A DNA stretch of 49,770 bases, from assembly GCA_000934665.2 (NCBI GenBank), contig KZ538194.1, positions 62,001-111,770 of the forward strand, given 5' to 3'. The number at the start of each line of letters is the position of its first letter. The first letter of the stretch is position 1. Origin of the DNA: Catajapyx aquilonaris. Its lineage: Eukaryota. This document shows, in pieces, positions 39,401 to 49,770 of the stretch. The position numbers and the translations under genes were made by a program. The notes beneath the pieces are model-generated. The model had not been told where the DNA came from. It did not search any database and worked only from the letters and a program-made list of their open reading frames with translations.

Positions 39401-41272
39401 TGACAAATTGACACCGGACCTTATGGGGTCGGTCGAAAAATTAGTTGGCAACGCCGCTGGGTGTGGACTTCCTGTTACATAAGTCCTTGTCAACATTATT
39501 TTCCATTAGGATTAAGTCGACCTGATGGTTAGTGGAAGGCATTGCTGGCATTAAATGTATCTCTGTCAGCGGTACCGAGATTTATGACGAACTTTGCATC
39601 TTTGCACTCATCCGTAATTCGTAAAGTACGGAGGCTGTGTAAATCATTCTCTGGTGCGGTCGTAATGCAGTTTGGGTGCGCTACGCAGTGCATGAAGTTC
39701 CTTTCAAAAAGGGAGATTGCAGCGGAAAAGTCAATATGAGTCCTTTTTTTGTAGCCGGGCTAAAACTAGTTGCGCGTGAAACCCACACTGGAGATATTGC
39801 TATAGAGACAGTACGACTTCAAATACTTGTTACGCTGATTAACCTGAATATCTGACAAAGCTGATTTTTTTAAAAAAAGTTGCCATACCGTGACATCGTT
39901 TTTTGATGTCCCAAAAGGCGCTGGTTGAGTTAGAAAACGATTGACAGTCATTGGATTCGCAGTGTACTGTAGAAAATTAGATGACGGAGCACTTGAAACA
40001 ATGAATTTTCTTGACGGGCACTGCAAATGGAAAGTTGTCTTCAATCCTACATTTATCACGTCTTGTACAGTACGTACGAAATTACTATTGGAACAGGCAG
40101 ATGGGTACCGTTGAGAGTTAACGCTCCTTAATTATTAATTCTCAAAGTTTTACTCTTCTCGAGACGTGCTGACTACTGTAATTCTGGGAGTGACTGTAAC
40201 GCTTTTGCCTTTTCCTTTGATCTTGGAAGGCGGTGTAATCGGCATAATTCTATAGTGTTAGACATCCCACTTTGCATCCTGAGCGTACATAAGGCCGTCT
40301 TGGAGCTCGTGGAATACTGTAGACCTTATATGATTGTGTACCGTACAGTACTCAAGATGCAGAGGTACTAAAATTTGCAGAATGGACACTGTCTTGTTGC
40401 TAGTTTCGGGCTTTGTCTGTGTGTTTAGGCTAAATCCATGGGTCTGTGCATACTGAACTGATTTAACTACGGTTTGTGACGACAGGTAAGCCTCTTAAGA
40501 GATGAAAGGGAAATAGACAATTCTAGTATATACTCCAACAATGATGTTGTGTGCATGAGGCCAAGTCATTTCAGGCTAATGCAGAAAGATACGGCTGTAA
40601 ATTAGTGCCTGATTACACCACTAAAGGGTTCATTATGCCTCTGACAAGTTACGTTGCATGCTATTAGCTTTTCTATGGTTTGTTCTGATTGAAAATCTTC
40701 AATGTGAAGGGCGAACAATGTTTCACTCTGCTTTTTGTAAGGTTGTGAGATCACCCGTACTGTTATCATTAATAACAGTGTTGAATTTATTATAAGGTAA
40801 AAGAATAGGTAGATTCAGCCACACTCTTGCTCTGCACACACCGTAGAATAAATATGGAATAAAATTCAATCCTTGAAATTACACATGCATACATCAAAGG
40901 TTCCATCAGCTGAAAGCATATTCAGGTATACCATTCGGACCGAATATATCTATCTGTGCAGCCAGGTTTTCAAGGTACGACTCCATCTATCCATTTCGTG
41001 CGCACAGAACTAAAAATTCAGACATCATTTTCTGCTGGATTCGGTCAATAAAAACTATTCGCCATGATTTTTCAGAACCTTGGATCTCCCTTGACCTGCC
41101 CTGCAGGACATCACGTGATTCTAGGTCTTCCAAAAATTGCCTAGCCTATTCAGTCGCCTTTTGTCAAAGCACCCTTCGTGACCCGGGTACATTTCTATAT
41201 AAAAAGTTGCATTTTCATCATCCAACTCAGAAATAAAAAATAGGTAAAAAACGACAGACTGCACACAAGTGG

Positions 41273-41563
41273 AGGCAGCGATAAGCACAACAGAGCGGCC
41301 ACTCAGGGCTATGTGCCTGAAGTTTGTGGCCGGGTTTTTTTTTTTAAAAAAAAAATGAAAAAAGGGCCTCTACCACCAGCGCTTTTTGATGTACAGACGT
41401 TTCATTTTGTTGGCACANAGGCAGCGATAAGCACAACAGAGCGGCCACTCAGGGCTATGTGCCTGAAGTTTGTGGCCGGTTTTTTTTTTGAAAAAAAAAA
41501 ATGAAAAAAGGGCCTCTACCACCAGCGCTTTTTGATGTACAGAGGTTTCATTTTGTTGGCACA
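41273..41563. repeat. 145-bp direct duplication around a single N (probable unmerged contig overlap)
   Basis: 41273-41417 and 41419-41563 are near-identical, separated by an N at 41418, and differ mainly around homopolymer runs. Confidence 0.85.
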
Positions 41564-42031
41564 AGACCGGGGCTGTTATCGTCCAACAGCAGTGGAAGGC
41601 TTTCTTTCACTTTTGTTTGCAGTGGCATGGAGTATCACGTAGCGTAATGACAAGCGGGATTCGCTTTCAGTCTGCTTGCAATTCTTGTTTTAATGAACTA
41701 GTAGTGCCTTCAAGAGAAATGTCAAGTGCAGTTTGCGAAAGGGGGGGGGGGGAACCATTAATAAGTCTCTTTTCAAGGGGGTGGTTGCTGTGCTTAGTGG
41801 GGAGTTGCAAATTGCGTTAAGTTTGAACAACGAGGTTAGGTTTGTCTGTGTCGCTCGGTGCCATCTTGTGGGGCTCTTGCAATTTTTAAGCAGTTTCTCA
41901 CTGGATGAACAAGGCAGAAGGTTTCAAAAGGAAGTGCTCTCTGGCTGAAAATGTCGCTTTTCATGCAAATGCATCTACCAGAAGGAATAATTTATTACAC
42001 TGTATGCCACTTTTCATCCTTTAATTATTAT

Positions 42032-42175
42032 TTGAAATTGAAATTTTTATGTTACTCGTTTTGATTGAAATTGAAATTTTCATGTTACTCGTTTTGCTTG
42101 AAAATGAAATTTTCATGTTACTCGTTTTGATTGAAATTGAAATTTTCATGTTACTCGTTTTGATTGAAATTTTCA
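42032..42175. repeat. 33-bp AT-rich minisatellite, about 4.4 copies
   Basis: Unit TTGAAATTGAAATTTTCATGTTACTCGTTTTGA at 42032, 42065, 42098 and 42131, then a partial copy. Confidence 0.95.
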
Positions 42176-45100
42176 CTTCATTAGTTTTATATGAAATTTT
42201 GAGTTTATTATTTTTATACAGTATTACATTTCATTATATAGTTATTATTTTCTTCAAATTATTCGTGTTAACAGTTTTAATTATCTTATTCTTAGTTTTG
42301 TTTATTGTTGTAAAATGAGTGCAGTTTTCTTGCGAATTTCCAGATTCGCTAGTCGAATTGATCCGGGGTAAACCAGGCGTAGTGGTTTATAGACCCAAGG
42401 GTAGAACATGCAGGAAACCGAAGTAAGTAATAAGTTTGTTCGGCAAAGCTTCACTAACGTGATCGCATTTCAGAGAGTTTTGGAGGAAATACATTTTTAA
42501 AATCCCTGGGCGATTCCCTGGTTCTGAACTTTACCTCCGTGCACTTACGTGCGGAGGCAGAAACATCCCGTACGAATCAGTAATCTAAGTGGAAATAAAT
42601 TCGGGCGAAATTAATGTCAAGTCCCCAATTTGGAAGCTGGGAAATGAACTAAATCTTGCTTGCGAGGGGGGACATGACGCACGAGATAAACTACTTTTCA
42701 AGGAATTCACTGGGTCGTGCAGGGCAAATGAATCTGTTAATTACGCAGCAATGCGATAAACAATTTTGTCAAGCAACGCTAATTAAAAGCTGTCTTATTA
42801 TCCGGGCGATGTTTTCGTGATAATTGGGAATAAATTCAATGGCCTCCGCGTGTTTAATCGCGGCTTACAAGCTGATTAGAGCCGACCACCGCATGCATGG
42901 AATACATTTTATATTGATATCCCAACGGAGTGATTAGTTAGCTACTTGTTGTGCATGTATGGGGTTTATGACATTAAGGCTGGAACAATGTGGTGCATTG
43001 GGGGGCAAAAAAATTCTGACAAGGTTATTTCAAAATTTTGAATCAATGCCGGTACATGGTTCGACCGTTACAACCGTTGAATAACGGTCGACCCGGGTGT
43101 AACGGTCTGAACCGATACGACGTCAAATGTCACAGTTTTGAATGTGCAGTGTTTGACAATTTTAACTCCGGAAGGGTACAGCAGCATTCTATAGAATGAA
43201 CAGACAATTCCCTACAGGTTGGTAGAAAGGGTAGAGCAGAACTTGGCATGTATCGCTCTAATCCGCCAGGCGTGAAACGAGGATTTTAATCATTCATCGA
43301 CTGTGATGGAGTTGTTGCTTGTAATGGAGCCTGTGTTCTGATTCGGCAGGAAACTATACCCCGTTATAGGCCTCGTTGCCTGGAGCCAGAACCTGAACAC
43401 TGTGCAGTCCCGACGCCACCCTGGGACAACCCCTTTATGGCTGTGCAATTACATAGGAAACATACAGCGCAGATAATGAAATGTTTCATTTGCACCAAGA
43501 CTTTTTTTTGTCGGCGCAGCAGGGACGCGTTTGTTTCCCAGCTTCCCTGACAAAATTTGACAACTCGGATCTGTGCCGCATACATCACAAGTTGAGAAGC
43601 CTGAGGCAAACAAGAAGAACCAACTTGGAGGAACGTCTCTGTAGGGTGGGAGCACCTGAGATACCATCAACTCCCCCCTCCTTTATTCCGGATTAGAAAA
43701 CTTGGGTCACTTCTCGGTGGCGAAATTCGGCTCCATTGCACATAGAGCCACGCCCATGCCTACGACATTAACTGCATATGCGACGCTGTGGGGTGGAGAA
43801 AAACCTCCGACTGATATTGTGCGAGCAGATAGCGATGAAAAGTTGGCACTGTAAAGGCCTGCTTCTTGTCCTCATATAGTCGTCTTGGGGAATCTTTTCC
43901 AAGTTCTGTACCGGCACTCATTAGTGACACGGCCTCTGGAGTGAGAAAACTTCTGGCTTTTCAATGGAGAATTTGCCTGGCTGCTTTACGAGCCAAGGGA
44001 ACGAAGCAGAGCAGATGGACCTGGCTCGTTTGCTCGTATAGCTATGGCTGGTATGGTGTTCTATCAACACTGTACAGTACATTGTTGACGCAATCATTTC
44101 CACGCACGATAAACTTCTTAACCGTGAACTGTGCCAAAATTAGCGCCGAGTTCAGCCAGTAGAGAATGGAACCCGCACTTGCGTGACGCAGATAACAGCA
44201 TAGCCTACAAGGTCGTAATCTGACAAAACGAGTCTTTAGCCGTGCCTATGGCTGGCCAAAAAAACGTGCCTTTTGTTTTATCTTCCGAACAGCGATTTTG
44301 GCGTGTGAATATATAACCAATAAAGGGCCGGTTTTTTACTACCTTTGTGCAACTATCCAGCTGCCAGTACAAAGGGTATGTATAATCCATATTTTTTTTG
44401 CGAGTTCTTAGAAATCCAATCGATGTACATGTAATTGCAAGGTGCAACACCGTCTTAATCTACTTAATAAATTAATCACATATTCTTCTCTTCAAATATC
44501 GAAAGCGACCTGCGTCAAGGCGACGGGGGTTAAGAAAGAACAGTGCAAAATGTACGGCAGCGAGAGTTTAATTGCTTGTTAGTGTTGTGTCGCGAGCTCG
44601 CCAATTTCCAACTCCAAGGAATCTCATTAGGGAAGGGGCAAGATTAAAGGCAATCTTCTGATCCCTATCTAAGCCTCCTACGAAAAGAAAAATCAATGGC
44701 TGTTTGTCCCGCTGGGAGCTATTCAGATTAGGCCAAATGAGTCTGGCTAATTTTAGCCAGAGTCGTTATTCCTCACACAAGTCACTAAAACCGGGTTTCT
44801 CACTGTTGTTTTTCGAATGTTACAACCGATTTTGGGGGCTGCCAGCGTTTGGTTGGGTGTTCTGACACTGGTTGAGTCGGTTCTAAACAGTGCTGTCAAA
44901 ATGCATGGGCAACTCGGGGCATCTCGACGTGGCTGTCACATGTCATGGAGTCGTACAACCAATGTTGAAGCTACATTGCAAAAATGTAACGTCTATAGCC
45001 AAATATGACGAGCTTCTGTAAATATGCGCAGATTTTAAAAACATACTTGAAACTAAGTTTCATATAGAAAATTAGCGGCTTTCATTCACGTTTATTTTAA

Positions 45101-46239
45101 ACCTTTCAAAAGACTCGTTTTTAGCCTGGATTTCTCCAGGGCTTTGAATTAGGTATGTTTTTCACCGTATATCATTAAATATGGACAATCCCTAGGCAAA
45201 AACTTTTTCAGGATTAGGATGAGCCAATGGAGAAAAAAAACCCCAGTGGTGATGTGAAGCTAATTAAATTTTAATCCGCAAAATTCCGGATAAAAGCTGG
45301 GTTTATCGCGTTTAGAACATTTCCATTGTAAAAACGGTGGTGGAGTTATGGAGATTTCTAATGCCTTCGGCTTTTTACCCATGATTATTCAGATCACACC
45401 AAGAATAAAAACTCACCCGCACTTAACTCGAACACTTCAAATGAATTTTGACCACACACATCCCACATATCCCCAACAGTGTTTTTGATAGGTCAACACT
45501 CGTCCCCATTACGATCCAGCAAAGATAATACCCAGGAAGAAAAACAGATAGCGCTTTTTTTAGTTAGTCGATGGGTTGCGTAGCCGGCAGGAAGAGTGTT
45601 CATTATGCCGCATTATGCTAGTGCGGCTCTTTTAAGCCGCGCGAGTCATGTTATTTGGCTCTGGTTCGGGGTTTAATTTGAGCTTCCCTATTACCATTTT
45701 GCCCACGATACGAGACCGGCATTGCAACGTAATACACTAGGCAGGAACAGCGGGGGAGTCAAATGACCCGGTGTAAGCCTCCCATTCCAGGTTGTTATAT
45801 GTCTCACCTATCTGGGTAGGGGTGATCAAAATAAAAAAGACATATTATTTGAGTAAACTGATTGTTTACTATGGACGTAGTCTCCAGGAGCAATCTTCCT
45901 TGCTGCTGATGAAGGCTGTCACAATGTCATGGTAGGTGCATACCGGGCTCGTAAAATTTTTGTGGCTTCTGACGGAACCCAAACCTCACCGCTATGTGTC
46001 AGCCTGAAAACGGCCGGCTTTCACCGCCCCTGTTTTTACACTCGGTACAAAAATGTGACAGACTGGGTCGCTGGTGGTTAGGTTTTTTTCAGGTAGGCAT
46101 ATCAACAACACCCTGGCATACCCTCGACGTTCCGATGTTGATGTGTACTAATAATAATTGTTTACATCATGTTAATCAGGTTACCTCCAGTAGAGGTGCC
46201 CTAACGTCACTTTTAAAACCTCTATTAGCGGTACAGTGT

Positions 46240-46324
46240 ACCCAGCCGTGGGGTTACGGTGCACCCAGCCGTGTTGTTACCTTATACCAGCCGTGTGGTT
46301 ACCTTATACCCAGCCGTGTGGTTA
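46240..46324. repeat. About 23-bp minisatellite, about 4 copies
   Basis: Unit of roughly ACCCAGCCGTGTGGTTACCTTAT at 46240, 46263, 46286 and 46308. Confidence 0.9.
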
Positions 46325-46799
46325 GCACCTGGCAAGTCTGCAACGGGTTGTTCAGAAGAGGCTGTTGGGTTCCCTGCATTCCAGGATGACCTGAGCTATT
46401 GTACCAAAAATTTCATTATTGTTTTAATAACTGGCTAGTACTATGTCGAGACTAAACATTCCGCTGCATTTGGAGCAATTTTTAGTGGGTGCCACACAAA
46501 ATTATGCGCAGCTCCTACTATCATATTGCATGCAGCTGGAGCTGGGTACACATGGAAAATGCACTGTAATTTGAGGACTTAAGAGTTAGAAGAGTATTTT
46601 GTGTGCCTCTTCCGAGAGAGCCCGTATGCAGCACAACAATTAGCGCACTCCAGTGTGCATTACTTAACTCAAAGACTTTAATATTTAATCCTAACATGAG
46701 AAGTGGTACAACCTTTTTACGACCCTCTTTGTGCTTTTTCTTAGTGAAAGGCTCCTGCTGGAATCTTGGAATGTAAAAAAAAAATCAATTTTGTGGTCC

Positions 46800-46965
46800 A
46801 ATGGCAAATGGTCACGTGATCAGATCCGCAACAATTCCGGTTACCAAGATGAATCGAACTGGAAAGTACACTGGCGCGAGTGTAGTAAATGCTTGGTTGT
46901 TTCCAAGTCAGGCCATCAGGGGAAAGTTAATGGAAACCGCGAGTAGAAAGGAAAGGTTAGAAGTC
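46800..46965 (+). mobile_element. Possible decayed RTE-like LINE 3' fragment
   Basis: RDQIRNNSG ... QGKVNGNR.*KGK resembles the RTE pattern IRxxxG...EGKVxGxRxRGR. Degenerate. Confidence 0.3.
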
Positions 46966-47579
46966 GTCCATTAGGCTTCCGCGACGTGTTTGTCTTCTTG
47001 CGACGAATTTATACCCAACCAGAGTGATGTTTATTCTGACAGGGAAGAGACAGGCAGGGAAACTGAATAGGACACTTGATGCCCTTCCAAAGCAAACGGG
47101 TGTAGCCGCCGCATTGTTCTTTCCCCAGGCTCACCATTGTTTCCTGACGAGGACTGGCCCCATACTCGACAAGAAAAGCTTACCAGTGTGCTGTTTTCCA
47201 TTCTCGCCTTTCTCACCATGAATGATTGATGCTATCTTTCCTACATCGAGCTGGATAATCGATACTCTAGGGGGGGGGGGGGGGGNACCTTATGCAGGGT
47301 GAATTTTGCAAAATACAGGCTCGAAAATGGCGCCACATGCTGCATTGGTTTAGCGCAGTGTGATGGGTCGGAATTCATTACTGGCTGGAGGCTAGCAACA
47401 TTAAATGATGGTCATTGGTTGGTATCAACGTAATGGACCGTTATTTGTTAGGTAACATTAGGCGACTGAAAGTTGGGATGAAAATATGTAGATGGCGTAC
47501 GCTACTTCTTCCCAATGTCTATACCGGCTCGACGTGACGGATGCAAATTAATATACTTTAACCATCCCAACCAGCCCCC

Positions 47580-47919
47580 GGACACTTCCTCTACAATCTT
47601 ATCTTATCGCCTGCCGGGGCGATTTGCATGAGGTGCTCAGGGGGAGAGCGCTTTGAGACCTTTCACAGCGCTATTATGTGGCGACCATACCGGACTACTC
47701 TGAACTTTATGCGAACTATACGTAGCCTACAAAAGGGAAGCGCTACATTGGGGGACCCAACATGGTCGCCGGCGGCCATGTTGGGCCCGCATGTAGCGGC
47801 TTCTCTTCTACCTAAGTTCAGCGTAGTCCGGTAGGGTTTCCACATAATAGCGCAAATGAAAAGCTGTCTCATGGCGCTCTCAAGTGAGCACCTCATGCAG
47901 GCGATATGAGGGAGTGTCC
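47580..47919. mobile_element. About 340-bp fold-back (long imperfect inverted repeat) element, probable MITE
   Basis: Nested complementary blocks: GGACACT/AGTGTCC, TATCGCCTGC/GCAGGCGATA, TGCATGAGGTGCTCA/TGAGCACCTCATGCA (47625-47639/47885-47899), GCGCTATTATGTGG/CCACATAATAGCGC, TACCGGACTAC/GTAGTCCGGTA, and a central CCCAACATGGTCGCCGGCGGCCATGTTGGG palindrome. No clear TSD. Confidence 0.7.
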
Positions 47920-48767
47920 AGACCTTAGCATTCTAAGACCATGATCCGACTAATTCCGTCTGATTTAAGTCACAATATTGCGCCGCCTTCAGGATTTCAA
48001 TGTCGTACTTGTGGCGCCACGAGCCGATGCCATGGCGGCAAAATAGCGAATGGAAAGTTAATTTACTGTACAGAATGAGTCATTATGTTGTTGTAAGTAG
48101 TTCCGTACTGACACAGCCCACACCATTTCAGTATTTGAAGATACACTGCACAAGTTGCGTAACAGACGTGACAAACAAGGCAGTTGGAGTTTCCAGTGCA
48201 GATATCTGGGCAACGCGCAATACATGAGGGTGGAAAGTGGACATTTTCAGCGCAGGCCCAGTTCCTAGTTCCTGCTCCAAAGGCAGCTGCAAACAATTTT
48301 TGAGTTGGGAGTTACTTGAGGTTACGACCATCGTGCTCCTTTAAAGGTCCCCGGCCTGCAATATAGCCCAGAGCGCCTCTCATTGGGGGATACCTGGCGC
48401 TTCCGAATGGCCCGAGTTGGGGATGCGGATGGCACTAGGTCCACAGGCTCAAATAACGTTTGTCAGTTTCATTGCTCGACGCTGGAAACCACACGCCTTA
48501 TTGCAGCGGCGAGAATTGCTTGCCCTTGCCCAAAAATCCTTTCCAGCTACAAAAAGGAGGAGCTTTTCTCTCTCTTTGTAACTCCATGATTTGTACCGAG
48601 CGTGATTTTCGCCTCGTTTCCTACAATCGCCGCCATTTTGAATCCGGTTAAAACCTGTGCATTATTTGGCGTTCTCCAGGGCGGTTCATATATTTTTAAT
48701 CCACATGGACACCATTTTGAATTCGGTATGCAAAAAAAACATGTACCATGTTATTTTCTCATTGCAG

Positions 48768-48882
48768 TTGGGTCCGACGAGAAGCAGGACAAGTTGAAGC
48801 TATTTTTGCACGAGACCAACTCGTTGCAGCCGTTTTGGGTCGGCCTGAGGCAACTGGAACCCGGAGGTGATTTCGTTTGGAG
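48768..48882 (+). CDS. C-type lectin domain gene, exon 3 (IGSDEKQDKLKLFLHETNSLQPFWVGLRQLEPGGDFVW); gene continues beyond the window
   Basis: ttttctcattgcag acceptor; the phase-1 start completes the ATT codon begun in exon 2; contains the CTLD WIGL-type motif (FWVGL) and F-x-W; ends at an AG|gtgagc donor. Confidence 0.9.
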
Positions 48883-49770
48883 GTGAGCTAGCCGTGTCTA
48901 TTAGATCATTGGGTGGGACGGCTCTGGCGCCACAAACGCCGGAAACGGCTAGGAAATGGTCTAGGACCGCCATATTTCTTTTTCCGGGTCACTAATTTAT
49001 ATTAGGTGTTTTCCGCCCAGGAATTTATATGTGCTGGTGCGACAATCAGCATTTGACGGTGTGAAAAATTGATTATTGCTCGACCTAAAATACTCGGTGC
49101 AATTTGGGTCCTCGCTTGATCCGGAGGGTAATCATTGACTGTTTATACATTCATTGCACCATTAGCCGGTACACCCGTTACCTCCACAAAACCTGAGGCT
49201 GCAAAGGCTTGAGCTAATGGTTTTTCCGTGAAGCCCTGAAAATGAGGGGACCACCTTATATTTATGCCCGCATTCAAGGCACAATGGAGTTACACTCGGC
49301 AATTCCAACCGGTTTTAAATTGAAAAAACCCCCCCTTGAATTAATGATCACATAAAACCTGGGGATCTAGGTGACGAAATCATGCGATTTTGCATTGTCC
49401 TGGACTCAAGGACCAATTAACTGGTTGGCAACCCACGCGCACAAATGCGAACAAAATTGTTTTCCAACGAAAAACATGGCTTCCGAAAAACCAGTACCCT
49501 CCATTTTCGATCCAAGCCTCAATACTCATGAATAATACATCGAAAATTGACGCTGCATTATTGCCCAGGAAAAATACGATGCATGGTTTGCCTGGTGTTT
49601 ACAACGCACCGTCAGTCGCATCAATTGGCACGTCATTCCTGTAAAACGAAAAAACGAAATTTTTTATATCCCCCCGAAAAAAGGTTAGTAGCCTATAGTG
49701 GCCATTTGCGCTTTAGAATAAAGAGGTCTGCCGGGAAAAGAGTCGGCAGGAAATGTAGTATTAGACCCGG

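Noticed and set aside
41273..41563. 145-bp tandem duplication as a biological repeat
   Set aside because: The copies abut a single N and differ mainly at homopolymers, which is typical of an unmerged contig or haplotype overlap.
42049..42318. 89-aa hydrophobic ORF (MLLVLIEIEIF repeats) as a membrane protein
   Set aside because: It is a by-product of a 33-bp minisatellite and T-rich low-complexity DNA.
46240..46324. Short repeats as a CRISPR array
   Set aside because: Head-to-tail units without unique spacers, in a eukaryotic context, with no cas genes.
47140..47180. CTGACGA as a hammerhead ribozyme core (also CTGATGA near 34310)
   Set aside because: No correctly placed GAAA after stem II and no stems I/III.
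47628..47896. Two similar ORFs on opposite strands (MRCS...PYRTTLN)
   Set aside because: Their similarity simply reflects the inverted-repeat DNA.

Overview
Eukaryotic (metazoan, probably arthropod/invertebrate; inferred) draft-assembly DNA of roughly 40% GC, with no prokaryotic features. It holds two well-supported spliced genes on the + strand. (1) A complete five-exon MDH1B (malate dehydrogenase 1B-like) gene at 7622-9436 encodes 514 aa, has four 64-74 bp introns, lacks the catalytic MDH residues, and is preceded by an RFX X-box plus a forkhead site. (2) The 5' part of a secreted or membrane C-type-lectin-domain gene has three phase-compatible exons (15246-15323, 36305-36434, 48768-48882) separated by introns of about 21 kb and 12 kb, and runs off the right end. 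A GC-rich candidate first exon of a third, leftward gene lies near 4.2-4.65 kb. The rest is intronic or intergenic DNA with a clean PIF/Harbinger MITE, a Tc1/mariner-type MITE, a 340-bp fold-back element, a Helitron-like end, several decayed LINE fragments, palindromes, minisatellites, a phased CCAAT array and an excess of TACAGTA/TACTGTA words resembling Tc1/mariner excision footprints. Assembly gaps and one probable assembly-artifact duplication are also present. Almost all ORFs in the supplied track are spurious. I found no convincing novel multi-gene system.
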